From positions 248,001 through 312,000 of IMG/VR virus record IMGVR_UViG_3300005056_000001: a stretch of 64,000 nt of DNA; one strand, 5' to 3'. Both the position numbers and the translations under genes were made by a program. Of the stretch, positions 27,017 through 36,926 are shown piece after piece. Under the pieces are notes generated by a model, which saw only the letters and a program-made list of their open reading frames with translations, searched no databases and had not been told where the DNA came from. Positions within the stretch are counted from its first letter, which is position 1; each line of letters opens with the position of its first letter.

Positions 27017-28924
27017 ATGGCATTAATTAATCTAAAAGAGTATAGATACCATAACCTTGACCGTAAAAAAGCCTCTACCAAATGGAAGAATCCATTGAAA
27101 GAGTTAGTCGAGAATAAAGTTGGTATTACATTGGACGAGAAGAATCCTAACAATGTAAGAAAATTGAAATGGATGAGTACATTGAACGAGGCAGTTTGCG
27201 CTCGTGACCATGGACGTTCGATCCTTATTACAGAGAGTGGATACGATTCTGTTGATCCTGCTCACTTGGTTGGTATGGGAGCAATCACAAATCCTAATTC
27301 AACAAACACAGGTAACACTCGCACCACGGCTGATTCAGACAAGGGTAGCGGCGACTACTCGAAGCGTTTGACAATTACGTCTATGCACATTGCTGCTGCG
27401 ACAATTGCGTTTGAATTGCTTCCTGTAATTGCTATTGAAGTGCCTATGGTACAGATGACTTTTGTTGAGTCTGTATATGGTGGTACTAAAGTGGCAGATA
27501 CCGAAAAATCTCCACAGTATATTGAAATCCCTGTTAAGATGTTCAAGGCTTTGGATGCTTTAACAACAGATTTTGAGGGTGCAGGAACCGTTGTTGCAAT
27601 TAATGGTATCGTTAAATTAACAGAACAAACTATTTATTACCTAGTGGGTAATGGTGTGGCTGTTGATACTTTGCTTGCAGACAAAGGATTGCAATTGCGT
27701 TTTGCAGGTCAACACCATGTAACAGGCGCATACCGTTTTCAAGTACTTTCTAACATTACCGTTACGAATGCTGCAACAGGGACATTTACACAAACACCAA
27801 CTGAATTTGTGTCTACATTCTTGAATGACTTTGCCGTGATTGGTGCCAATGCTTATGCGTTGACATGGAACAATGGTGGTACTTTGGCATTCACAGATGC
27901 ACAAACAGTTAAAGTGGGTAGTGCAACAACTTCTGCCGATATAATCCCTATTGGATTGGTTGACACAAAAGAAACTGCGATTTATGGTGCTTCACATTCG
28001 GACGGTTTTACTACTGCTCCGATGAACAGAGAAGTTTCTGAATTGGGTACCGAAAACTCAATCACTGTTCGTTCATGGTCTACTTCTGCAAAGGTATCCG
28101 ATTTTGATATTACTTGTGCAGTAACCACAAAACAAGAACGTGACTTCCGTGCGATGGGACTTAGTGCTTTTGAAATTGCTCTTGAGGCAGCAAAAACACA
28201 ATTGGTTCAATCAACAAACAACCACATCTTGGACACTATGTTCAAATTGGGTGTTGAGAATCACATTCAAGTATTTGAGGCGTCTAATTTGAATTTGCAT
28301 TTGTATGTTGATGATCCATTGGTTGCCAACTCTCTTATTTCTGCAATGAACATTAGCAGTGTTGGTTCTTTCAATTTGCAAAAATTGGATGGTACTGATG
28401 TTTCTGCTCAATTTGGTGCGATTAACAACTTTCGCCAAACAAACTATGCAGACGGTTACCAAGATGTAATCCGTATGGTTAAGTCTCGTACTAACCTTGT
28501 ATCTGCCTTGATTGGTAAATTGAATCGTACAACAAAGGCAGACTTTGTTGTTTGTGCAACAGGTTTGTCTGCTTCACTTGTTGACAACCGCAATCACGAT
28601 CTAGCTCCTGTTGAGCAAAATCTTTTGATTGGTGCCGATGTTCTATCTTACTTTGGTAAGTGTGAAGGTATGGACTTGTATGTTGACCCAAGAATGGACT
28701 TGGCAGATAACCGTATTTTGGTTGGACGAAGAGGAAACGAATTGGATAGTGGCTTAAAATATTTCGTATACGATCTATTGAGCGAAATCCAAACAATCGA
28801 AGGATTGTCTATGAGCAAAAAAGCCCTAGTTTCGACTAGTTACGCTTTAATCTCTGCGGGACATCACCCTGAGACTAACTACATGACCTTTATTGCTGAA
28901 AATGCAGGCGGACTTTGGTCTTAA
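27017..28924 (+). CDS. major capsid protein (T4 gp23-like)
   Basis: Follows portal and protease; IAFELLPVIAI, QLVQSTNNHIL, ADFVV, LYVDP..ILVGRRG; strongly biased codons. Confidence 0.9.
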   Translation: MALINLKEYRYHNLDRKKASTKWKNPLKELVENKVGITLDEKNPNNVRKLKWMSTLNEAVCARDHGRSILITESGYDSVDPAHLVGMGAITNPNSTNTGNTRTTADSDKGSGDYSKRLTITSMHIAAATIAFELLPVIAIEVPMVQMTFVESVYGGTKVADTEKSPQYIEIPVKMFKALDALTTDFEGAGTVVAINGIVKLTEQTIYYLVGNGVAVDTLLADKGLQLRFAGQHHVTGAYRFQVLSNITVTNAATGTFTQTPTEFVSTFLNDFAVIGANAYALTWNNGGTLAFTDAQTVKVGSATTSADIIPIGLVDTKETAIYGASHSDGFTTAPMNREVSELGTENSITVRSWSTSAKVSDFDITCAVTTKQERDFRAMGLSAFEIALEAAKTQLVQSTNNHILDTMFKLGVENHIQVFEASNLNLHLYVDDPLVANSLISAMNISSVGSFNLQKLDGTDVSAQFGAINNFRQTNYADGYQDVIRMVKSRTNLVSALIGKLNRTTKADFVVCATGLSASLVDNRNHDLAPVEQNLLIGADVLSYFGKCEGMDLYVDPRMDLADNRILVGRRGNELDSGLKYFVYDLLSEIQTIEGLSMSKKALVSTSYALISAGHHPETNYMTFIAENAGGLWS

Positions 28925-28942
28925 TAAGGTTTGTTACAATAT

Positions 28943-28980
28943 AAAAATGGTGCTTGTCTTTGACAAGCACCATTTTTTTT
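28943..28980 (+). terminator. intrinsic terminator after capsid gene
   Basis: aaaaatggtgcttgtc-ttt-gacaagcaccatttttttt. Confidence 0.9.
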
Positions 28981-29024
28981 GTGTATACACGTAATCTTTT
29001 ATTGCCAATAATTCGGGTTCCGAC

Positions 29025-29417
29025 TCAATGACCCCTCAAGACTATACATTTGTTTTGTAAAGCCGTCCTGTGTTCCATTAGCGACCTAAGCCGTTTTGTG
29101 TCGTTATCTCCTTGAATAAATATCCAAATACTAGGAGGAACGTTGAACGTTGTCGATATTTTTTTAATAAAATCAACATTAAAATTCTTTTTATTGTTAC
29201 AATACCTGCTTATCGTAAGAGGTTTAATCCCCCAAAACTCGGCCATTTTTTTATTGGGGATTCCATACACATTCTTAATGGCTGTGAGATATTCCTTTAG
29301 GTAATCGCCTGTGGTTTTCATGAAAAAACAGTCATTCGATATTATATAGTCGGACATTGACTTGTGTATATCCTCAAACAAGGATTCTAAATGTTTCAAT
29401 TTGTTGTTTGCTTCCAT
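29025..29417 (-). CDS. HigA/VapI-like XRE-family HTH protein
   Basis: TGDYLKEYL..MAEFWGIKPLTISRYCNNKKNFNVDFIKKISTTFNVPPSIWIFIQ matches the HigA antidote pattern (..f.....W...Q). Confidence 0.7.
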   Translation of the reverse strand: MEANNKLKHLESLFEDIHKSMSDYIISNDCFFMKTTGDYLKEYLTAIKNVYGIPNKKMAEFWGIKPLTISRYCNNKKNFNVDFIKKISTTFNVPPSIWIFIQGDNDTKRLRSLMEHRTALQNKCIVLRGH

Positions 29418-29431
29418 TATATTTTGGGTAA

Positions 29432-29734
29432 TTATTTAATAAGTCCTAATTTTTTGGCATCCGAAACAAGTACATCAAAAACACTATGGTCTGTGATTTT
29501 CTTTGTGTACAAATCACGATATAGGTGGTCGGTAACATCGCAAAACGTTTCCCAACCACAACACAGCCTGATTTGTAGATAAGATATCTGTATTTTTTTG
29601 TCCGTGTCTAATTGTCCGTGTCTACTTTTGAAACATTCATCAAAACCGATTGAATCTTCGTCAGGTAATTGTGCGTTACTATAACCATCTATCCATGCCG
29701 CCCGTAAGTCTTCTTTGGTATAAACCCGTTTCAT
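29432..29734 (-). CDS. hypothetical protein
   Basis: 100 aa; YTKEDLRAAW N-terminal motif common in Bacteroidota phages. Confidence 0.7.
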   Translation of the reverse strand: MKRVYTKEDLRAAWIDGYSNAQLPDEDSIGFDECFKSRHGQLDTDKKIQISYLQIRLCCGWETFCDVTDHLYRDLYTKKITDHSVFDVLVSDAKKLGLIK

Positions 29735-29806
29735 AATTTTATATTTTTTAGTTCTTTGGTAATATACTAAAAAAGTTGGACATACATAACAAAAAATTAT
29801 AACTAT

Positions 29807-30247
29807 ATGAAAATATTAATTTCCGACGACAGAAAGTGTGGTTATATTCACGAAAAAGATTACCATTGGACAAAGAATGGCGAGGTGCTGATGTTCGGAC
29901 AATTCCAAACCGAGAATAATAGAAAAACAAATGAGTGGTCAATGCTCGGGATTGAAAGCCGAAAATTCACAACACATATATTTGTAAGGGACTTACCCCT
30001 GACAAAACAATTCTACAAAGAAATGATTGTTGACTCGGTTGAAAAGGCCATGAAAACTAGTATCGGTAATGACGGTGTGTATATTGTCTCATTCGGGGAT
30101 TGGGGGTTCAATTTCAACATAAACGATATGGTGGATGAACTTATCCAAAAGGCTAGTGTGTTTTCCGACGGAGACAAGCTCGTTTGTGTAGGAAGGATCC
30201 TTGAAAAGTTCAAAGAAAACGATGCTAACATAACGCCTGTGCCTTAA
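29807..30247 (+). CDS. hypothetical protein
   Basis: 146-aa ORF, A-rich leader. Confidence 0.7.
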   Translation: MKILISDDRKCGYIHEKDYHWTKNGEVLMFGQFQTENNRKTNEWSMLGIESRKFTTHIFVRDLPLTKQFYKEMIVDSVEKAMKTSIGNDGVYIVSFGDWGFNFNINDMVDELIQKASVFSDGDKLVCVGRILEKFKENDANITPVP

Positions 30248-30256
30248 GGCGTTTCT

Positions 30257-30412
30257 CTAGGGTGGCGATTGTTTTCCTATATCTTTCTTTTCTTGATGTA
30301 TCGCAAATGCATTGGAAATATCATCAGCGTTCGGACTCGTAAGATTGTTGTAATACTCTATTAAGGATTGGAGTTGTTTTTGTTTCTTTGTTAAAAATGA
30401 TAATTTATTCAT
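30257..30412 (-). CDS. small hypothetical protein (51 aa, not in ORF track)
   Basis: MNKLSFLTKKQKQLQSLIEYYNNL..., ATG 3 nt after the stop of 30416..34264. Confidence 0.4.
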   Translation of the reverse strand: MNKLSFLTKKQKQLQSLIEYYNNLTSPNADDISNAFAIHQEKKDIGKQSPP

Positions 30413-30415
30413 TGT

Positions 30416-33400
30416 TTATTGATGTATAAAATTGACCGTACAATTGCCTGTTGAAATATTGTCTAGTGACAATATTTTGACAACTGTGTCGGTTATTTTT
30501 GTTGTGTCATGTTCGACCCCGTCAACAATAACATTGGACACTCTCATCACATCAATCAATACATTCCGTATTAATGCATTTGTGATAACATCTCTTACCT
30601 CCTCGTCTGTGATATTGTCTGTATTAACATCATAAACACGCAAGGCTGTTACATATTCGTTTGGGTCAAATAAAAAGTTAATAATTCCTTGGTTGTCTAG
30701 TATTTTTCGTGCATAAACAAAAAGAACATCCAATAGATCGAACTGTCCGTCAACAAATGTTGTTCCAACAGAAAGTGTTTCTGTTACATTTATGGACTTC
30801 GACAAGAAACCACGGATCTCGGACGGTGTGTACATCCAACGTACAGGCTCTATATCGGTTTTGTTGAGACTGTACGAGTAATATAAATCTAGGTCTAGGT
30901 CGGATATATTCTTTTCAAGAATTGGTATGGCTTGACCATTTCTGCTATTATTATCAAATAATGGCAATTTTAACGATACCGAGGCTTTTCTAAACCAAAC
31001 AATATCATCATGTTTTATTTCTATCCTTGTGGTCTGCGACGGGATGATTACCGATGTTATCGGGTCGTAATAAAACGATGGTCTGATAGCAAGGAATCTA
31101 TGCACGCTTGACTCTCGGCCAACACCAAAATTTGTAAAGTCGTATGACATTGATTGATTTAACGAAATTTCTTCCTTGAATGCCATGGACATATTTACAC
31201 TTCTTTCGTTTGTGTCGTCATCAACCAAGTGTGTTGTTTTTGCATTCACGGTATTGGCAATATTACTCAGCGATATTAGTTCATATCTGTCAACACTAAG
31301 GTTGTTCGAAATGGTTCTGTCAAAAAATGCATTGTAACGTGCAATACTCTCGGCAGTCGCATATTTATTGTCATTAAACAGGATTGTGTTGTCGGCCACA
31401 TAATCGGGCACAATGTCAAAAACCACAGGAACGGTCAACTCTTTCAGTATGACCTCTATGCCTGTACACCAAAAATAGTCGCTGCCGATTTCTACAATAT
31501 TTTTGAATTCAATCTGAATCCCGAACGTTAGCGTAGAAGAAGGGTTAATGTCTCCATGAAAAATAAGAAAATCATCCCCCAATCCTAACATGGTGGTTAG
31601 GTTAAAGTTATTAACAGCAGGATTTAATTTTATATAGGCAACATCTGTTCCGTTGTCATTGTACACCCAATCTGTTCCGACAGAGGCCCCATTGTAACTT
31701 TTGGGTGTTGTGTTATCAAATAGCAACAATGAAATTGCCTCTTCGCCTAATGATGCCAAGGAGACTTCTGTGGTGTTCCCGCCCGAACTATAATACAACA
31801 CCGATCTATCAAGATGATATTCGCCAACCTCTTCCAATCCTGTTAGAATAGGTTCAGGAATAAATTGTTGTATTACAAATGTCAATGTTTTGAATGGTTT
31901 ATTTTCCAATAATTTGAATTCGATATCTGCACCGCTTGGGGCATTGTCTGATATCAACACAACCGAAAATCTATATCCGTCAAATTCGTCGGGGAATATC
32001 AACCGTATCCCACGGAAAAACACTGATGTAACTTTACTCTTGGGGTCTTTTTTGATTACAGACCACTCATGTATATCGTTTTTATAGACATCGACCCCTG
32101 TGTCCAAAATTATAGCCTCAGATATTGCATTAAGGGTATACCCATCAATCACATCGGTTCCGTACCACGGAGGCGTTCCTGACCCAATTAAATACCAAGA
32201 ATGGCTAAATTGCCCAACATCTCTATTTGGTATAGTAAGGGACGGGGTAAAACTGTCATATCTGAACGTCATAGAAGTATTAAACTTCTGTGGAGAATTT
32301 GTGACATCGAAACCATCTCGTATAGAAAGCTTGGACACCCATTCATACATAGAATTTTGTAAGAGTGAAATATCATTAAATTCTTGGAGCGGTTTATATT
32401 CGCTATCCGTTGTCGTGAAGGCAAAGTTGTTTTTATTTATGGTATCAACAAGCATCTCTGTGGAAGGAATGTCGATATTATTAAAAAAACTGTTTACGAT
32501 AACCAAGAGTTCTGCCTTATAGTCCGCAAGCTCCTGTGGGGTTGCCGAAAAATCCAATCTACCAAAAAATGTTGGGTCTGCTATTTTGTTTAGTAAATAA
32601 CTCCTGTATGTGTTCAGATCAAAGTCTAGCGGGTCTGAGTGATAGCTTATATCACGATTATAGTCGAACTTTCGATGTTCAATATTTTGCACAGCATAAT
32701 AGACAATAGGCTTTTCTACCAATAGTTTTATGTCCAACAACGGTTTGTCTGTGACATCAATATCCATTCGGTATGCAAATGTTGACACGTGTCTAAAACC
32801 CAACAACGGAACTGCCACCGAGCCATCAGAGAATCTGACGGCATCAATATCCGTTGTGATGTTTTTGGAGGCAAGTGTTAGTGTTTTTTTGTTTGTACCA
32901 AAAAGGTTTGGTATAGCACCCGTAAACGAACCAATAAAAGGCTCCAATACGGCACATGCAAATGGAACACTTGTGATTGTCACCGTTTCCAACACAACAG
33001 ACGAAATAGTTGTTATAACGTGCAGTTCATCCGAACCGAACCTACGAAAGTTTAACACAAGATTTGTTGACGTTGTCTGCAATTGGGCTGTCATCTCCTT
33101 GATAAGCAAATCAATTGTCTTAGTCACCGTGTCACCTTGTAATTCGGGTGTCATCAAAACAGACGCCTCTATATTACCATCAAACTCGAACGTGAATGCC
33201 TGATTAATGTTTGGAATCGTGTTGAACTTGATAATTGCCATGGGCGGTTTTGAAACGCCCACACTAGCCCCTTTTATCATTCCTGTTGCCTTGTACAATG
33301 GCTCTGTTAATACAATAGGAATGTCTGTTTGGACATATTCTGTTGTTAGGGCAATATTTATATCATTAAGCGGGTCTAGTTCTGTGTCAAGTATTTCATT

Positions 33401-34264
33401 GTTTTTAACATAGATCCCCACAAATTCCACAAATGTATCGTTGTTTTCTATTTTTGTGTTATCAAGACTAAATGTAAATTCCAAATTCAAAAACCTTGGG
33501 TCAATCATGTTGGCGACCTCGTATGATTTTGTCAAAAAAACCTCGGACTCTTCAATGGTTCTTTCGGAAAGTAGGTCTCCGTTTATATAAACATCACTTT
33601 CGGTGATAACACCCGAATTTATATCCATTCCAATCACAGAAACAGTATCTGTATAGTTCACACTTATACCGACTTCTTGTTCTGTAATTTCTTGGTAATG
33701 ATCGTCCAAAAACTTGCCAATTCTTGTTTCACGTGTTAGGTCATAATACTTGACCATCTCGGTATTTTCATTGGTAAGTATATTGATCCCGCTCCTTTGT
33801 ATGTTGCTGTTTAAAACAGGGTTATTGTTCCTTGACACCTTAAAGATGGCAAACCCATCAGGCACACCATCATCGCCCAAAAATAGTGGCGCAAAAAAGC
33901 GATGTGTAGAATCCACACGCTTGTCTGTGTCGCTATATGCCCCATACCTGTATAGAGTGGAGGGTTGTGACGTAAACTTTTCGACCACCTCAAAGTCTTG
34001 GTCGGGTAGTCCATAGATTGCCGACTTGTTATCGACCAAATCACAAAATCTTTTTAGATTAGACCGAAACGGTTTGTCTGTGTCGATTCTATATCCTTTT
34101 AGTTTCGAGTCTTCCATGTCCTCATTTGCACCAATACTCTCAAGATAGCACAATGTGTCATCAACCAATATTTTGATATTTCCCGAAAATTTCGGATTCG
34201 CTGCACTTATTGAGAATGTGTTCTTAAGAAGCTTTGGGTTTAATGATTCTTCCTTGAAAGTCAT
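30416..34264 (-). CDS. large virion structural protein (probably baseplate)
   Basis: 1282 aa, beta-rich, N/T/D-rich; GTACATA at 34318-34324. Confidence 0.55.
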   Translation of the reverse strand: MTFKEESLNPKLLKNTFSISAANPKFSGNIKILVDDTLCYLESIGANEDMEDSKLKGYRIDTDKPFRSNLKRFCDLVDNKSAIYGLPDQDFEVVEKFTSQPSTLYRYGAYSDTDKRVDSTHRFFAPLFLGDDGVPDGFAIFKVSRNNNPVLNSNIQRSGINILTNENTEMVKYYDLTRETRIGKFLDDHYQEITEQEVGISVNYTDTVSVIGMDINSGVITESDVYINGDLLSERTIEESEVFLTKSYEVANMIDPRFLNLEFTFSLDNTKIENNDTFVEFVGIYVKNNEILDTELDPLNDINIALTTEYVQTDIPIVLTEPLYKATGMIKGASVGVSKPPMAIIKFNTIPNINQAFTFEFDGNIEASVLMTPELQGDTVTKTIDLLIKEMTAQLQTTSTNLVLNFRRFGSDELHVITTISSVVLETVTITSVPFACAVLEPFIGSFTGAIPNLFGTNKKTLTLASKNITTDIDAVRFSDGSVAVPLLGFRHVSTFAYRMDIDVTDKPLLDIKLLVEKPIVYYAVQNIEHRKFDYNRDISYHSDPLDFDLNTYRSYLLNKIADPTFFGRLDFSATPQELADYKAELLVIVNSFFNNIDIPSTEMLVDTINKNNFAFTTTDSEYKPLQEFNDISLLQNSMYEWVSKLSIRDGFDVTNSPQKFNTSMTFRYDSFTPSLTIPNRDVGQFSHSWYLIGSGTPPWYGTDVIDGYTLNAISEAIILDTGVDVYKNDIHEWSVIKKDPKSKVTSVFFRGIRLIFPDEFDGYRFSVVLISDNAPSGADIEFKLLENKPFKTLTFVIQQFIPEPILTGLEEVGEYHLDRSVLYYSSGGNTTEVSLASLGEEAISLLLFDNTTPKSYNGASVGTDWVYNDNGTDVAYIKLNPAVNNFNLTTMLGLGDDFLIFHGDINPSSTLTFGIQIEFKNIVEIGSDYFWCTGIEVILKELTVPVVFDIVPDYVADNTILFNDNKYATAESIARYNAFFDRTISNNLSVDRYELISLSNIANTVNAKTTHLVDDDTNERSVNMSMAFKEEISLNQSMSYDFTNFGVGRESSVHRFLAIRPSFYYDPITSVIIPSQTTRIEIKHDDIVWFRKASVSLKLPLFDNNSRNGQAIPILEKNISDLDLDLYYSYSLNKTDIEPVRWMYTPSEIRGFLSKSINVTETLSVGTTFVDGQFDLLDVLFVYARKILDNQGIINFLFDPNEYVTALRVYDVNTDNITDEEVRDVITNALIRNVLIDVMRVSNVIVDGVEHDTTKITDTVVKILSLDNISTGNCTVNFIHQ

Positions 34265-34383
34265 TTATTGATATAATTTGAGAGTGTACCACAATTCGAC
34301 CTTGTGTATTTTTAAGTTATGTACCTTTAAAGGAACAAATATTCATGGTTCTGTGTTTACAAAACGAACAAAAAACATTAAAC

Positions 34384-34587
34384 ATGGCCAAGAAACGTAG
34401 GCGCAAAAATATTAAAGTAGTGGTAGACCTAGACAAGGCACTCGGAAATGGTGCCCGACAGCAGTACCTAGAAAATAACCCGCATGGATATAACAGGGTT
34501 AATAAAATTCACAAATCTAAAAAGGCATATAATCGCAAGACGAAAAATCGTTCTTGTGATTATATGTTTTCGGGGAAAAAATATTAG
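34384..34587 (+). CDS. small basic protein, candidate ribosome-rescue-factor-like
   Basis: 67 aa, K/R-rich, NKIHKSKKAYNRK; strong hairpin 34526-34566 before the stop codon. Confidence 0.6.
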   Translation: MAKKRRRKNIKVVVDLDKALGNGARQQYLENNPHGYNRVNKIHKSKKAYNRKTKNRSCDYMFSGKKY

Positions 34588-34594
34588 AAATCCT

Positions 34595-35026
34595 CTAAAA
34601 TGTATTCGAGGACTGATAATAAACACCAACACCGTTAAGAAATGAAATGTAGGAATTAAACTCGTCAATATTGTTGAATACCGCCTTGAAGTATTTTGTT
34701 GGCACATTTGTTAGGAAATGTTTCTTTGCAGAGGCCTTGGTTGCAGCCTTGGCAACCTTGGTGCCCATTGATTTGTCGTCTCCATACATAACCTTGACTT
34801 GGTACTTCCCAATGTTTTTTGACTCGCCCGTGTATATCTTTGATTCGTATGTTGCGTCAAGTATCTCGCACCATTCGTGTAGGTTGTCTGCTTCGATAAT
34901 ATAACGCAACGGCTCGTCGTTGGTGTCCATTACATAGCACTTACGTGCATAACTTTCCAATGTTTTTAAACTTTCGGGTTTGTGGGCACTATTAAAGGCT
35001 GCCCGAGCCATTCCTAATGTTATCAT
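34595..35026 (-). CDS. hypothetical protein
   Basis: 143-aa ORF. Confidence 0.7.
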   Translation of the reverse strand: MITLGMARAAFNSAHKPESLKTLESYARKCYVMDTNDEPLRYIIEADNLHEWCEILDATYESKIYTGESKNIGKYQVKVMYGDDKSMGTKVAKAATKASAKKHFLTNVPTKYFKAVFNNIDEFNSYISFLNGVGVYYQSSNTF

Positions 35027-35044
35027 GTTTATTTTTAATGTTTA

Positions 35045-35245
35045 TTACAAATTTTTGTCAAGGTACAAAAAGAATTTCCATATATAAAAACATAGCAATG
35101 TCCATAGACACCACACACCAAGCATTACAGACACGGTACATTCGGTTTTAATAATATACAGGCCCCAACATAACAAAATGACAAGCGAAGCCCAAAACAA
35201 GCGTTTCCACGCTCCTGTCTTGGATAGTATGTCATAGTGTTTCAT
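35045..35245 (-). CDS. small two-TM membrane protein (late)
   Basis: Two hydrophobic helices; GTACATA at 35262-35268. Confidence 0.55.
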   Translation of the reverse strand: MKHYDILSKTGAWKRLFWASLVILLCWGLYIIKTECTVSVMLGVWCLWTLLCFYIWKFFLYLDKNL

Positions 35246-35326
35246 GTTGGGGTGAATGTTTTATGTACAAAATGTATATATGTCGTTTTTTAATGATGCG
35301 ATACAGGTATGCTTAAAGAGGATGTT

Positions 35327-35722
35327 TTACACATCAATAACCTCAAACTCGTCTTTGTCAATCCATCTGTATTTCGGGAAATGTACAAGATTTTTGCTCA
35401 TTGATCCGTCGATATTTATTCCACACACGGCATAATAAAATCTTAGACGCCCCTTGGTGTCAATCCAAGGGCTGATGTCAGAAACAATACCTTCTACATC
35501 CACAAAAGGATCCATAAGCGAGCCACCATCGTCCTTACATTTAAACACATTTACACGAACACCAATTCCCACAGGGGCAAATTGAATACACTGTCGTAAA
35601 ACATCTTTTTTCTGCTGAGCCAACTCGTCGTCTTTCTTGTTGAGTTTTGATAGTGCCAAATTATTGTCCTCAATTTCGCCTTCGATTACACGGTATTGTT
35701 TAAAGAAGTCTTCAAATTGCAT
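35327..35722 (-). CDS. hypothetical protein
   Basis: 131 aa, overlaps the ligase stop. Confidence 0.7.
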   Translation of the reverse strand: MQFEDFFKQYRVIEGEIEDNNLALSKLNKKDDELAQQKKDVLRQCIQFAPVGIGVRVNVFKCKDDGGSLMDPFVDVEGIVSDISPWIDTKGRLRFYYAVCGINIDGSMSKNLVHFPKYRWIDKDEFEVIDV

Positions 35723-36926
35723 TTTTATGGTTTTTAATTTCTATTTTCAAGGCCTTCAAAATATTTTTTGCCTTCATTTCCCAAATGGCATCCTTGAACA
35801 CACTTTCGGGATTTAATCTAAGCGAGTGTATTGGCCCAAGGAAAACACGCAAATGTTTCTTGTGATCGGTGGCTTTTTGGGCAAATGTGTAAAAATCCTT
35901 GTCACACATTTCTTTACCGTCAAGGTTGGCTACTTTTTCTTTTAATTGGTCAAACACCTGTTCGCAGCGTGCGATTAAAACATCGTACGGTGTCTTTAGC
36001 GGGTAAATTTCCTTGGCCAACAAAGGAAAGTACCCAATAATAGTTTCCTCTTCTCCTGCCCTGATAGCATCAACAAACCTCCACTTGGAGGTTATTGTTT
36101 TGTATGTTTCGTTCCATTGGTGGTGTATAACATAGGAGTTTGACTTTATCTTAAGACGGTTGCCGTGTTTGTCAACCACAACATATCCCTCAAAATTTTG
36201 ATCGCCCAACTTGACATTGTGTAAAGATTTAAGTATCTCATCCTTTCCTTTGTAGGGATACCTTTTTGGACGGTCGCAATTAAACACCATTGCAATCATA
36301 TCCAATTCATCTGTGTCATATTCCTGTAGGGTGTCCATCTCCCTTGCTGCCAACAGAACAATGTTGCCTTGTTGATAGGTGTTAATGACCTTGTTGTCTG
36401 CACTAATACATTCAAAAACATAGGTCACACCTTTTTTTGAATGTGTGAGGTCAACATGGTTTTCTTTGGCGATACGATTGAATAGGTGAGTATAATCAAA
36501 GTCTTGCTCAACCAATATGCTATGGTTATGCTTGTCACGATAGCTAACCTTATCAATTGCATACCCACTCTTTTTTGTGCCAACAACCCACTCGTTTATG
36601 ACATTATCATAGTAGCGTTGTATCATGGCACCATCCCCTTTATCCTCCCCGACCGCACTTTCCCAATCCAAAACACCTTTATGACCTGCCTTATACTCGC
36701 CAAAACGATACAAGGGCATGGACATTGCCTCGAACTTTTCGCCAACACGTTTTATAATAACCCCACGACATTCATTTGTGGTCGGGTTCTTGGGTGTCTT
36801 GAGTTGGTCATAGTGTAGAATTATTCTGTGTTCAGACTCTCTAAGCTCAAGTCTATATTTATCGACCGTGGCCTTCAGTCCTTTTTGGTTGAGCTCCTTG
36901 ATTATGTTAAGTTCCTTCTTTTCCAT
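35712..36926 (-). CDS. RNA ligase (T4 Rnl1-like)
   Basis: ECRGVI, motif I EDKGDGAM (KxDG), FECIS..N, EGYVV, RLKIKS..Y. Confidence 0.88.
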   Translation of the reverse strand: MEKKELNIIKELNQKGLKATVDKYRLELRESEHRIILHYDQLKTPKNPTTNECRGVIIKRVGEKFEAMSMPLYRFGEYKAGHKGVLDWESAVGEDKGDGAMIQRYYDNVINEWVVGTKKSGYAIDKVSYRDKHNHSILVEQDFDYTHLFNRIAKENHVDLTHSKKGVTYVFECISADNKVINTYQQGNIVLLAAREMDTLQEYDTDELDMIAMVFNCDRPKRYPYKGKDEILKSLHNVKLGDQNFEGYVVVDKHGNRLKIKSNSYVIHHQWNETYKTITSKWRFVDAIRAGEEETIIGYFPLLAKEIYPLKTPYDVLIARCEQVFDQLKEKVANLDGKEMCDKDFYTFAQKATDHKKHLRVFLGPIHSLRLNPESVFKDAIWEMKAKNILKALKIEIKNHKNAI

